Positions 46,027 to 55,489 of a stretch of DNA of 64,000 nucleotides are shown here, piece by piece; position 1 is the stretch's first letter; every line of letters begins with the position of its first letter. The DNA is taken from the NCBI GenBank assembly GCA_964489525.1, contig CAZAYY010000015.1, positions 34,091-98,090 on the forward strand. The letters are read 5' to 3'. The DNA is from an uncultured Anaerolineales bacterium. GTDB taxonomy: Bacteria > Chloroflexota > Anaerolineae > Anaerolineales > JABWBV01. The translations under genes were made by a program, and so were the position numbers. Below the pieces are notes generated by a model. The model saw only the letters and a list, made by a program, of their open reading frames with translations. It searched no databases and was not told the origin of the DNA.

Positions 46027-46743
46027 ATGACCATCATGCTTGAAGTACATAATATCCATACATATTATGGCAACATCCAGGCGCTGCACGGAATCACATT
46101 GAACGTAGCCCAGGGTGAAATTGTCACCCTGATTGGTGCAAACGGGGCTGGGAAAACCACCACCCTCCGGACCATTGCCGGGCTGCTCAAACCACGCCAG
46201 GGTTACGTGAAGTTAAACGGGGAAGATCTGTCAAAATATAAAGCCCATGAACTGGTTTACAAAGGCATTGCCATGGTGCCCGAGGGCCGGGGTATTTTCT
46301 CACGTCTGACCGTGCTGGAAAACCTGGAAATGGGCGCATATTCCCGCAAAGATAACGCTGGCATCAACGAAGACCTGGAAAAAGTCTATACCCTGTTTCC
46401 CCGTCTCAAAGAACGGCGCACCCAGGTATCCGGCACCCTGTCCGGCGGTGAGCAGCAAATGCTGGCAACCGGACGGGCGTTGATGGCCCGGCCAAAAGTG
46501 CTTTTAATGGATGAACCTTCCATGGGCCTTGCCCCCATTTTGGTAGAAAGCATTTTTGATACCATTGAGCAAATCAACAAAGAAGGTGTGACCATCCTGC
46601 TGGTCGAACAAAATGCCCAGATGGCTTTGCAAATTGCCCACCGCGGCTATGTTCTGCAGACGGGCGAAATTGTTCTGCAAGATGAGGCCAAAAAGTTACG
46701 CCAAAACGAAATGGTGCAGAAGGCCTACCTGGGCATCGAGTAG
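46027..46743 (+). CDS. ABC transporter ATP-binding protein, LivF-like
   Basis: 238 aa. Walker A GANGAGKTT, signature LSGGEQQMLA, Walker B VLLMDEPS. Confidence 0.9.
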   Translation: MTIMLEVHNIHTYYGNIQALHGITLNVAQGEIVTLIGANGAGKTTTLRTIAGLLKPRQGYVKLNGEDLSKYKAHELVYKGIAMVPEGRGIFSRLTVLENLEMGAYSRKDNAGINEDLEKVYTLFPRLKERRTQVSGTLSGGEQQMLATGRALMARPKVLLMDEPSMGLAPILVESIFDTIEQINKEGVTILLVEQNAQMALQIAHRGYVLQTGEIVLQDEAKKLRQNEMVQKAYLGIE

Positions 46744-46795
46744 CCAGCCCCCACCCAGGCTGCCCCACACAAACCGATCCAACGGGTAAAAACCG

Positions 46796-47803
46796 ATGCT
46801 CATTCTCAATGCCTCAGATGTGCGCCAGGCACTGCCCATGCGCGAGACGATCGAAGCAATGAAAGGGGCTTACCAGGCCCTTTCTGCTGGCCAGGCAGAA
46901 GTGCCGCTGCGAACTCGCCTGGAAATTGCTCCACAGCAAGCCACAGCGCTGTTCATGCCAGCTTATGTCCAAACATTCTCCCGCCAGTCTTCTGCCCAAA
47001 ACAGCAGCGCCCTGGCGGTAAAAATGGTCACCCTGTTTCCAAATAATCCCAAAAACGGACTGCCTTTTATTCATGCGGCTGTGCTGGTGATGGACCCCGA
47101 AAACGGACGTATCGAGGCTGTTCTCGAAGGCGCCACGCTGACCGCCATCCGCACCGGAGCAGGCAGCGGCGCAGCAACGGACTTGCTGGCCCGTTCTAAC
47201 AGCCGGACTGCGGCCATTTTCGGCGCAGGGGCTCAGGCTCGCACCCAACTCCTTGCGGTATGCGCAGTTCGCCAGATTGAAAGGGTTTGGGTGTACGATC
47301 CCAACCCAGAACGAGTGGAGAAGTTCATCCAGGATATGGCCGGAAAAAGCCATGTACCCCAAGCCATCCAGCCTGCCGCCAGCCCCCGAGATGCAGCGCA
47401 GCAAGCCGACATCATTTGCGCCGCAACCACATCGAAAACCCCGGTTTTCCAACCTGAGGATATTCGCACTGGAACGCACATCAATGGCGTGGGCTCCTAC
47501 ACCCCAGAAATGATTGAAATCCCCCCTGCCCTGCTTTCCAGGGCCAGGATATTTATCGATTCAACCGGAGCCTGCATGGCCGAAGCAGGAGAAATCCTGG
47601 CAGCCCTTCAAATGGGTGCTATTCAACCCGCTTCATTGGTGGAAATCGGAAAATTAGCCAGCGGCGAAGCAGCCGGGCGAATGGCTGACGAGGAGATCAC
47701 CTTCTTTAAGTGCGTTGGCGTCGCCGTGCAGGACGCAGCAGCAGCCACCCTGGCAGTGCGCAATGCACAAATGATGGGCTTAGGCCAGCTGGTATCCTGG
47801 TAA
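46796..47803 (+). CDS. Ornithine cyclodeaminase / mu-crystallin family NAD(P)-dependent enzyme
   Basis: 335 aa. LTAIRTGAGSGAATDLLAR...AIFGAGAQAR is the family signature with a Rossmann GxGxxA motif. Confidence 0.85.
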   Translation: MLILNASDVRQALPMRETIEAMKGAYQALSAGQAEVPLRTRLEIAPQQATALFMPAYVQTFSRQSSAQNSSALAVKMVTLFPNNPKNGLPFIHAAVLVMDPENGRIEAVLEGATLTAIRTGAGSGAATDLLARSNSRTAAIFGAGAQARTQLLAVCAVRQIERVWVYDPNPERVEKFIQDMAGKSHVPQAIQPAASPRDAAQQADIICAATTSKTPVFQPEDIRTGTHINGVGSYTPEMIEIPPALLSRARIFIDSTGACMAEAGEILAALQMGAIQPASLVEIGKLASGEAAGRMADEEITFFKCVGVAVQDAAAATLAVRNAQMMGLGQLVSW

Positions 47804-47833
47804 TACCAGCGTTTTTTTATTCAGGAGTAAACA

Positions 47834-48997
47834 ATGACATCAAACAACCAACCCCAAACCGCCGACGCCGTTGTGATTGGCGGTGGTGTCATGGGCGCCA
47901 GCACGGCGTATCACCTGGCAAAGCGCGGAATGAAAAACGTGGTTTTGCTTGAAAAAGAAGCATTTTTTGGCACCGGGGCAACGGGTCGCTGTGCTGGCGG
48001 GGTGCGCTACCAATTCGCCACTGAAGTTAATATCCGCCTGTCTCAGCTCAGCCTGCCAATGCTGGAAAATTTGAAAGAAGAAACCGGCACCGATTCTGGC
48101 TACCGGGCCCTCGGATACTTAATTTTCTTAACACGAGAAAAAGATATCCAGGTGTTTAAACAAAATGTTGCACTGCAGCACAGCCTGGGCGTACCCACCC
48201 AGTGGCTGACCCCTGAAGAAGTCCGTAAACGCCTGCCGATGATGCGGCTGGATGATGTGCTTGGGGCGACAATCAACGCCAAAGATGGATTAGCAGACCC
48301 AAACAGCGTGGTCATGGCATACGTCGGGGCGGGGGCTCGCCTGGGGGTGAAGGCCATCAGCCAGGCTCCGGTTACGGGCATTCTCAAAAATGACAGCCGG
48401 GTGACCGGTGTGGTCACTGCCCAGGGTGAAATATCCACACCGGTGGTGGTTAACGCAGCCGGACCCTGGCTCAAACTGGTGGGCGACATGGCCGGGGTGG
48501 ACCTGCCCATCACCCCGGTCCGGCGGCAGTGGCTTACCACCACAGCCATCCCTGGGTTGCCCAAGGATTTCCCTTTTGTAATTGATTTCGGCCAATCCCT
48601 GTATTTTCACCCCGAAGGCGAAGGGCTGCTCACGGGCATGTCGAACCCCTCGGAACCAGCCGGGTACGACCAGTCTGTTGACCCCGATTGGGAACTGACC
48701 CACATGGAAGCGGCCATTGAACGCCTGCCAGCCCTTGAACAGGCCGGGTTATCCGCGCGCTGGGCTGGCCTTTACGAAAACACCCCGGATGCGCATCCAA
48801 TCTACGGAAAAACGCCCCTGGAGGGCTTTTATGTGGTGGGCGGTTTCTCCGGGCACGGGTTCATGCACGGCCCGGTATCAGGCCTGTTGATGAGCGAAAT
48901 CATTCTGGATGGCAGGGCAGCCACCCTGGATATCTCCTCTCTGGATTACTGGCGCTTCGCAGAAAAACGCGAAATTCACGAATACAACGTGATTTAA
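47834..48997 (+). CDS. FAD-dependent oxidoreductase, DAO family (sarcosine oxidase beta / D-amino-acid dehydrogenase-like)
   Basis: 387 aa. N-terminal dinucleotide fold DAVVIGGGVMGASTAYHLAKRG...VVLLEK. C-terminal GFSGHGFMHGP motif. Confidence 0.85.
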   Translation: MTSNNQPQTADAVVIGGGVMGASTAYHLAKRGMKNVVLLEKEAFFGTGATGRCAGGVRYQFATEVNIRLSQLSLPMLENLKEETGTDSGYRALGYLIFLTREKDIQVFKQNVALQHSLGVPTQWLTPEEVRKRLPMMRLDDVLGATINAKDGLADPNSVVMAYVGAGARLGVKAISQAPVTGILKNDSRVTGVVTAQGEISTPVVVNAAGPWLKLVGDMAGVDLPITPVRRQWLTTTAIPGLPKDFPFVIDFGQSLYFHPEGEGLLTGMSNPSEPAGYDQSVDPDWELTHMEAAIERLPALEQAGLSARWAGLYENTPDAHPIYGKTPLEGFYVVGGFSGHGFMHGPVSGLLMSEIILDGRAATLDISSLDYWRFAEKREIHEYNVI

Positions 48998-49120
48998 ACC
49001 GCTTGCGGCTGTTCTTTCTATGAGAATATGGTATATTGATATTGAGGATGTAGAACCCATCTTTCCCAAGTGGGTGCATAGGTGTATGCTGACAGGCAGG
49101 TTAAAAGCGGAGGAGACAAT

Positions 49121-50398
49121 ATGAAAATCATGCGCTGGCCGGTAATTTTGATTGGATTTGGTATTGCGGTGGTGCTCTTGCTGCTCGGTATGGCCGGGCG
49201 AGCAACCGCTTCTTCTGAGGGCAGTGGTGGAGGAAGTTATCTGCAAAGCAGCAGCCTACCCCCTGGAACCGCCCCATTTTTTTACATCGTTTCGGTTGCT
49301 GTGAATACCAGTGTCACCATTGAATCGTACAATTTCCCAGCCAACGATGAATTTATCGTCTGGATGGGACCATTAGACACAGCAGAAGGGGAAAGCGTAC
49401 AGGTAACCCAGCAAAGTTCGGGCGATGGCGGGTCATTCACAGCGACGTATAACATCCCCAACAGCTTAAAAGGCGCATACCGCATTGCTGTCCGGTTGGA
49501 AAGCCCATCTTCAGGTTATTACGCATATAACTGGTTCTACAACGATGATGATGCCGGTCGCGCGGGTGGGCCAAAAGGGTCAAACACCCCTTCCCCAACA
49601 CCCCTGCCGACGACCCAACCCCCAACTGCTGTACCCACCAGCCCAGCAGCAGCAACCATCCCTGCCACCCAGGCGGCCATAACGCTTGCTCCCTTGCAAG
49701 CACCAACCACCGTCCAAGCCAACTCATCTTTGGCAGCCAGCGGAGGCACAAACCTGATTTTACCGGACTATCCCTACTTCTTCATCGAAGCCGTGGTGGT
49801 CAACCAAACCGTCACCATCAAAGGCTATAACTTCCCTGCAAAAGACAAATTTAACGTCACCATGGGATTGATGGGAACCCGCGGGATTAATGGCATTCCT
49901 GCGGGTGAATACAGCACAGAAAAAGTTGGGCAGTTCACCGCAACGTTCAACATCCCTGCAGCGCTGCACGACCTGAAACAAATCTCCATTCGGCTGGAAA
50001 GCCCCACATCCCGGTACTATGCCTTCAACTGGTTCTATAACAACACAACCAACCCTGAAGACCCTGAGCCCACCCCGGCGCCTGAAGTGCCCTTTACCCC
50101 GGCCAAACCCCCAGTATTTTTTATTGACAGCGTCGTGCTCGGCAAAACGGTGACCATTACAACCTACAACTTCCCTGCCAATGACGATTTCAAGGTAACC
50201 ATGGGCTATATGGGCACCCAAGGAATCGGCGGGTATGTCATCGGCACCCAATCCTCTGGCCCAGGGGGTTCGTTCTCAGTCACCTACACCATCCCGGCTG
50301 AACTGGCAAACCAACCCAAAATTTCTATCCGCCTGCAAAGCCCCACAAGCGGGTACTACGCTTATAACTGGTTCCACAACAATACCACTACCCCATAA
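49121..50398 (+). CDS. Secreted/anchored protein made of three ~95-aa tandem repeats separated by Pro/Thr-rich linkers; unknown function
   Basis: ATG 49121 with GGAGGAGA upstream (the track start 49082 is a GTG). Signal/anchor MKIMRWPVILIGFGIAVVLLLLGMAG. Repeats lie at about 49274-49549, 49772-50050 and 50108-50395. They share FF(Y/I)(I/E)xVVxxxTVTIxxYNFPAxDxFxVxMG...GxFxxTxxIPxxL...IxIRLxSPxSxYYA(Y/F)NWFxN. Confidence 0.75.
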   Translation: MKIMRWPVILIGFGIAVVLLLLGMAGRATASSEGSGGGSYLQSSSLPPGTAPFFYIVSVAVNTSVTIESYNFPANDEFIVWMGPLDTAEGESVQVTQQSSGDGGSFTATYNIPNSLKGAYRIAVRLESPSSGYYAYNWFYNDDDAGRAGGPKGSNTPSPTPLPTTQPPTAVPTSPAAATIPATQAAITLAPLQAPTTVQANSSLAASGGTNLILPDYPYFFIEAVVVNQTVTIKGYNFPAKDKFNVTMGLMGTRGINGIPAGEYSTEKVGQFTATFNIPAALHDLKQISIRLESPTSRYYAFNWFYNNTTNPEDPEPTPAPEVPFTPAKPPVFFIDSVVLGKTVTITTYNFPANDDFKVTMGYMGTQGIGGYVIGTQSSGPGGSFSVTYTIPAELANQPKISIRLQSPTSGYYAYNWFHNNTTTP

Positions 50399-50413
50399 CT
50401 CTGCTCAAGATTT

Positions 50414-50454
50414 AAAAAGCCGCTGTGCTCGGAAATTCGAGCGCAGCGGCTTTT
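50414..50454. terminator. Bidirectional intrinsic terminator between convergent genes
   Basis: AAAAA-GCCGCTGTGCTCG-GAAATT-CGAGCGCAGCGGC-TTTT. A 13-bp stem with one G-U pair, flanked by A and T runs. It lies between the repeat-protein gene (+) and ileS (-). Confidence 0.65.
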
Positions 50455-50471
50455 AGCTTAACAAATCGGGG

Positions 50472-53400
50472 TTATGCGCTGCGCATCACAGCCAGGCGCA
50501 GCACCGCCGAATCAATCTTCTGTTCCTCAACATAAGCCCCGGCTGGCCCATCACCCGCCACGAGGGACACACTCAGCGTCTCGGCTTTGATGTAGCTGGC
50601 CCATTGTTCCAGAACAGCAACCAGTTCATCATCGCCAGAATAGTGCGTCACAATCCGGTCTTCGATGTTAAAGTCGGCACTCTTACGCATGGCCTGGATG
50701 CGCCGGACAACTTCGCGGGCCAAACCCTCCATTTTCAATTCCGGGGTGACCTGAGCGTCGAGGCCGACGGTAACCACCTTGTCGGCGGCCACAGCCAGTC
50801 CCTCTGCCGGGCGGGTTTCGACCACGATTTCTTCAGGCGCCAGAAGCATTTCGCTTCCATCCACCACAAGCGGAAGCGATTCACCCGCCGCCACGGCTGC
50901 TGCCACTTTGCCGGGGGCCACCGCGGCCAGGGCTTCACGCAGTTTCGGAAACGCCGCCCCAAGGCGCGGACCCAGCAGTTTGTTGTTCGGCATAATCCGG
51001 TAGCTGACCAGCTTCTCGGCCTGGGTTACAAATTCAAAAGCCTTAACATTCAGTTCGTCCGCCACAATGTCTTCCAGGGATTTGGAAAGCTCCGCCCTAC
51101 CCTCACTGACATACACATAAACCTTTGAAAGAGGTTGACGCACCTTGAGGTTGGCTGCGCCGCGCGCACTTAACCCCAGGCTGGCCACCCGCCGGGCCAG
51201 GTCCATCTGGGCAACCAGGCCGTCGTCCAGGGCGTTTTGATCCACCAATGGATAGGTGGTATGGTGCACACTGGCGTGGGCATTGGGTTGGACATTGACC
51301 ACGAGGTTTTGGTACATCGCCTCCGTGAAGAAGGGGGTGATGGGCGCAAGCAGCCGCACCAGCCGCACAAAAACATGGTAAAGGGTTGCGTAAGCCGCAT
51401 TTTTGTCCTCATCGTGCTCCCCTTTCCAGTAGCGGCGGCGTGAGCGGCGGATATACCAGTTAGACAGGTCGTCAATAAAGGTTTCGAGAACCAGGGTGGC
51501 GGCAAAGGCGTCGTAGTTTTGCAGGGCATCCGTCACCCGGGCAGTCACCTGGTTGATTCGGGCCAGCACCCAGCGGTCGAGCGGGTTGGAACTGGTGGGG
51601 GTGGGACCCTCAGGCTGGGCAGGGTCAAAGTCCTCCTGAGGCGGCAGCCAGCCATCCAGCCGGGCATAATTGACCAGGAAACCGTACATATTCCACACCG
51701 GGATTAAGAACCGCCGGCGAACATCATCCGCCCGGTGATAGCCAAACAGCAGGTTGTTTTCCGGCTTGTGGGCGCAGTACAACCAACGCATCACATCCAC
51801 GCCCATTTTATCGGCCGCTTCGTTAAATTCAATCGAGTTGCCCCAGGATTTGTGCATCTCGCGCCCGTCTTCTGCCAGCAGCGAAGCGTAGCCAAACAAG
51901 GTTTTGAAAGGCGGCGCTTCGGCAACCACGGTACCCATGGCCAGCAGGCTGTAGAACCAATTGCGGAATTGACCAGGGAAAGATTCGCTGACCCAATCGG
52001 CCGGGAACCATTTTTCAAAGTAGGCCCGGTCGCTGCGGTAGCCTGTTGTGCTGAAGCTGACAATGCCCGCATCCAACCAGGGGTTACCCACATCCGGAAT
52101 ACGCTCCATGGTGCTGCCGCATTTTGTGCAGGCGATTTTGACAGCATCAACATACGGGCGATGGGGTGTATGCCCTTCAAAGGTTTCCCAACCTTCCACA
52201 GCGCGCTCCTTGAGTTCGTGGTCGCTGCCTACCACATGGAAGTGCTTGCACTCCCCGCACACCCAGATCGGCAGGGCCAATCCCCAATAGCGCTTTTTAG
52301 AGATCATCCAGTCGTGCATGTTGCGCAGCCAATCCAACTCGCGGGCCTGGCCAAACTCCGGAATCCAGCGAATCTGGTCCACCACATCCATAATCTGGTA
52401 GCGCAGGCTGGCGGCTTTTTCTTCTGGAGTCAGAGCTTCACGCGGCTTGTCGTATACTTCGCCCACGTTGATGAACCACTCATCCACCAGTCGGAAGACG
52501 AGTTCGGTTTTGCAGCGCCAGCAGGTCGGGTAGCGGTGGGTATAGGGCTCCACATGATACAGAACCCCTTTGCGCTCCAAATCATCAAAGATGGGTGCGG
52601 CAACGTTCGCCACCTGCAGACCCGTCAGCCAGCCAAATTTTTCAACAAAAACCCCTTCATCGTCAATGGGCGCGAGCAGGGGCAGCTTGTATTCTTTGCC
52701 CAGCTGAAAGTCTTCTGCGCCACAGCCCGGAGCAATATGAACGATTCCAGTACCTTCGGCTTCGCCAACCTGGTCCCAGGCAATCACCCGGTGGGCAGTC
52801 CGGGCGGAATCTTCCACACCTTTCAGCAGTTCTTCCAACTCTGTAACCCCACCCTTTTGTCCGGCAGCCTCCAGGTCATCAAACGGCCCATCATAAGTCC
52901 AACCAAGCATTTCGCTGCCTTTCAATTCAGCAACCACTTCATACGGGCCGCGCAGCATATGCAGGGTGCCCTTGGAAAGATACAGAAACTCATCGCCCTG
53001 GCGCACTTTGGCGTAAGTCAATTCTGGTCCAACTGCAGCCGCGACATTGCTGCTGAGCGTCCAGGGGGTGGTAGTCCACACCAGCAGGGCTTCACCAGGC
53101 CGGCTGCGCAGGGGAAAGCGCAGGGTGACGCTGCGGTGGGTCAGTTCAGCGTAACCATCCGTAACAATTTCGTGCTGGCTGATACCCGTTGCACAGCGCG
53201 GGCACCAGGGCATCACATCGGCGCCCCGGTAGAGCCAGTCTTTTTCCCAGCATTTCTTGAGAAAATGCCAGATCATATAGTTGTTTTCATCTGCAAAGGT
53301 GAAGTAGCTGCCGCCAACATGAAGCTGGCCCAACTGCCCCACCAACTGCTCCGCAGTTCCCGTCACTTCACCATTGACACCCGGCATGCTGGTTTGCTGC

Positions 53401-53888
53401 TGGGGGTTTTCAACCAATGCACCCGCCAACTTACGCAGCACATACGGGTCATTCCAGTCCATCCAATAGCCCAGGCGCATCGATTGTTCGGTTTGCACTG
53501 CCGCGTAGCGGAGGACACGTTCTTTGCATTTGAGAACAAACTTATCCAGGCCGTAGGTTTCAATGTCTTTTTTGGATTTGAAGCCCAGTTCCTTCTCAAC
53601 CTCCACTTCAACCCAAAGCCCCTGGCAGTCAAAACCCTGCTGGTAGCGCATTTCGTGGCCACTCATCGCCCAAAAACGGTTATAGAGGTCCTTGTAGGTG
53701 CGCCCCCACCCATGGTGAACACCCATTGGATTGTTCGCTGTAATCGGACCATCCAAAAACGACCAGGTGGGTTTATCTTTATTCAATATGCGCAGCCTTC
53801 CCAGGGCATTGGTATCCTTCCAAAACTGGATGACCTGGTGTTCAAGCTGGATAAAATCTACTTTATTGGATACTTCTTCAAAAGCCAT
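50472..53888 (-). CDS. ileS: Isoleucine--tRNA ligase
   Basis: 1138 aa. N-terminal PITANNPMGVHHGWGRTYKDLYNRF...GFDCQGLWVEVEVEKELGF parallels the class I HIGH region of IleRS. CPRC/CWRC zinc knuckles. A KMSKS-equivalent GREMHKSWGN. The upstream T-box has a candidate AUC specifier. Confidence 0.9.
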   Translation of the reverse strand: MAFEEVSNKVDFIQLEHQVIQFWKDTNALGRLRILNKDKPTWSFLDGPITANNPMGVHHGWGRTYKDLYNRFWAMSGHEMRYQQGFDCQGLWVEVEVEKELGFKSKKDIETYGLDKFVLKCKERVLRYAAVQTEQSMRLGYWMDWNDPYVLRKLAGALVENPQQQTSMPGVNGEVTGTAEQLVGQLGQLHVGGSYFTFADENNYMIWHFLKKCWEKDWLYRGADVMPWCPRCATGISQHEIVTDGYAELTHRSVTLRFPLRSRPGEALLVWTTTPWTLSSNVAAAVGPELTYAKVRQGDEFLYLSKGTLHMLRGPYEVVAELKGSEMLGWTYDGPFDDLEAAGQKGGVTELEELLKGVEDSARTAHRVIAWDQVGEAEGTGIVHIAPGCGAEDFQLGKEYKLPLLAPIDDEGVFVEKFGWLTGLQVANVAAPIFDDLERKGVLYHVEPYTHRYPTCWRCKTELVFRLVDEWFINVGEVYDKPREALTPEEKAASLRYQIMDVVDQIRWIPEFGQARELDWLRNMHDWMISKKRYWGLALPIWVCGECKHFHVVGSDHELKERAVEGWETFEGHTPHRPYVDAVKIACTKCGSTMERIPDVGNPWLDAGIVSFSTTGYRSDRAYFEKWFPADWVSESFPGQFRNWFYSLLAMGTVVAEAPPFKTLFGYASLLAEDGREMHKSWGNSIEFNEAADKMGVDVMRWLYCAHKPENNLLFGYHRADDVRRRFLIPVWNMYGFLVNYARLDGWLPPQEDFDPAQPEGPTPTSSNPLDRWVLARINQVTARVTDALQNYDAFAATLVLETFIDDLSNWYIRRSRRRYWKGEHDEDKNAAYATLYHVFVRLVRLLAPITPFFTEAMYQNLVVNVQPNAHASVHHTTYPLVDQNALDDGLVAQMDLARRVASLGLSARGAANLKVRQPLSKVYVYVSEGRAELSKSLEDIVADELNVKAFEFVTQAEKLVSYRIMPNNKLLGPRLGAAFPKLREALAAVAPGKVAAAVAAGESLPLVVDGSEMLLAPEEIVVETRPAEGLAVAADKVVTVGLDAQVTPELKMEGLAREVVRRIQAMRKSADFNIEDRIVTHYSGDDELVAVLEQWASYIKAETLSVSLVAGDGPAGAYVEEQKIDSAVLRLAVMRSA

Positions 53889-53958
53889 TCAACACGCTCC
53901 TTGGCGTTTCCATTACACGCCTGAATTTGGTTTTCCCCTTGCTTTCGAGAGGGCTGTT

Positions 53959-53994
53959 AAAAAGAAAAACTCCCATCCCATCCAGGGACGAGAG
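53959..53994 (-). terminator. T-box terminator hairpin
   Basis: The minus strand reads CUCUCGUCCC-UGGAU-GGGAUGGGAG-UUUUUCUUUUU. The stem is 10 bp with two G-U pairs. Its 5' arm overlaps the 3' arm of the predicted antiterminator. Confidence 0.7.
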
Positions 53995-54262
53995 CAAGGC
54001 CTCGCGGTACCACCCTGGTTCCTGCCAACAGCAGGCACCTCGGAGAAACACTTCCGGGGTTTGGTGGGCCAACCCACGAACCCTGTTCAATGTTCCGGCC
54101 TGGATAACGGAAGACCAACCCGTCTACCCTACTGGCGCACCGCAGTGCGGGTTCGGTTCGCTGCTCCGGAAGGATTTTCAACCTGCTGTCCTGGCCCGGC
54201 TCGCACCATTTCCGGGTTCGCTGACAGGGTCAAGCGGGTTTACTCGTTTCCATCATCGCTTT
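53959..54262 (-). promoter_or_regulatory. T-box riboswitch leader of ileS (candidate specifier AUC, Ile)
   Basis: The minus strand contains, in order: GCGAUGAUGGAAACGAGUA (stem I base / AGUA-I); AG-bulge and distal-loop-like AGCGAACCCGGAAAUGGUGCGAGCCGGG; specifier-loop candidate GGUUGAAAAUCCUUCC (AUC = 54175-54173); AGUA-II (GCCAGUAGGG); F-box CCGUUA; stem III CCUGCUGUUGGCAGG; and the T-box sequence AACCAGGGUGGUACCGCGAG (plus-strand CGCGGTACCACCCTGG at 54003-54018). The antiterminator is CCAGGG/CCCUGG with a UGGUACC bulge. A terminator follows. Confidence 0.85.
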
Positions 54263-54281
54263 GCTTATTTAGATAGGGGGA

Positions 54282-54310
54282 ATTATGCCATAAAAACCCC
54301 AGGGGGTCAA
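54282..54310 (-). promoter_or_regulatory. Candidate sigma70 promoter of the ileS T-box leader
   Basis: On the minus strand: TTGACC (54310-54305), a 17-nt spacer, then CATAAT (54287-54282). It sits immediately upstream of the stem I sequence. Confidence 0.5.
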
Positions 54311-54484
54311 CCGAAATCCGACCATTTCGACACGGACTCCTTGGCGTGGGATGGAAAGTTTTTTGGGGTTGTTATCCAGGTTTGTTGCAATGGCTGATAT
54401 AATCGTAATGGCCTTCCATCCCATAAAAGGGTTGAGCGTTGGGCCAGTGTATCTCAATCCTCATAAAAACGAAAGGAGTTTCCA

Positions 54485-55477
54485 ATGGAATATCGCTTTT
54501 TAGGCAATTCAGGTTTACAGGTCTCGGTGCTATCGCTCGGTGCCTGGGTAACATACGGCGGGCAGGTTGGCGAAGAGATTGCCACAGAATGCATGACTGC
54601 CGCCTTCGAAGAAGGCGTGAACTTTTTTGACAACGCTGAAGCCTATGCCGGGGGAAACGCCGAAATTGTTATGGGCAATGTCATCAAAAAGGCCGGTTGG
54701 AAGCGTTCAGACCTGGTGGTTTCAACTAAGATTTTTTGGGGCGGGCGCGGCCCGAATGACCGTGGCCTTTCTCGAAAACACATCCTCGAAGGCACCCATG
54801 CAGCCCTGGCCCGTTTGCAAATGGATTACGTGGACCTGCTCTTTTGTCACCGCCCGGACAAAAAGACCCCCATTGAAGAAACCGTCCGGGCAATGACCAC
54901 ACTGATTGACCAAGGCAAGGTATTTTATTGGGGCACCAGCGAATGGAGTGCCACCGAAATCATGGAGGCCTATGCCGTTGCCCGGCGTGAACACCTGGTT
55001 CCACCCCTGATGGAACAACCCCAATATCACATGTTCCACCGCGAACGGGTTGAAAAAGAATATGCCCGGCTCTACAAAGAAATCGGCCTGGGGACAACGA
55101 CTTGGAGCCCCCTCGCCAGTGGGCTGCTTACCGGTAAATATAACAACGGAATTCCTGAGGGCACCCGGGCCACCCTGGAAGGATACGAATGGCTGCGCGA
55201 ACGTTTTGAAGGCGAAGAAGCCCAAAAAACCATTGAAAAACTCAAACAGCTCTCAACCATTGCCGGCGACCTGGGCTGCACAATGGCGCAGCTGGCCCTG
55301 GCCTGGTGTGTCAAGAATCCCAATGTCAGCACGGTCATCACCGGGGCTTCTCGCGCCGCCCAGGTGCATGAAAACATGCGCGCCCTTGAGGTTGTCCCGA
55401 AATTGACGCCGGAAGTCATGGCGACCATTGAAAACATCCTTCAGAACAAACCAGAACCGGAACCCACGTTTCGCTAA
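54485..55477 (+). CDS. Aldo/keto reductase (Kv-beta-like subfamily)
   Basis: 330 aa with [35 protein letters not shown]...[14 protein letters not shown]...DLLFCHRPD...GTSEWSA are AKR catalytic and family motifs. Confidence 0.9.
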   Translation: MEYRFLGNSGLQVSVLSLGAWVTYGGQVGEEIATECMTAAFEEGVNFFDNAEAYAGGNAEIVMGNVIKKAGWKRSDLVVSTKIFWGGRGPNDRGLSRKHILEGTHAALARLQMDYVDLLFCHRPDKKTPIEETVRAMTTLIDQGKVFYWGTSEWSATEIMEAYAVARREHLVPPLMEQPQYHMFHRERVEKEYARLYKEIGLGTTTWSPLASGLLTGKYNNGIPEGTRATLEGYEWLRERFEGEEAQKTIEKLKQLSTIAGDLGCTMAQLALAWCVKNPNVSTVITGASRAAQVHENMRALEVVPKLTPEVMATIENILQNKPEPEPTFR

Positions 55478-55489
55478 AACCGGGCAGCC

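Noticed and set aside
46814-47479. 221-aa minus-strand ORF inside the ornithine-cyclodeaminase-family gene
   Set aside because: It is antisense to a gene with clear family motifs, and its translation is featureless.
51735-53924. 729-aa ORF on the plus strand, antisense to ileS
   Set aside because: It lies entirely inside a very well supported ileS gene on the opposite strand. Its translation is low-complexity (rich in A, G, R, F, H) with no recognisable motif, and no RBS or promoter context is evident. Long antisense frames are expected in GC-rich, codon-biased genes.
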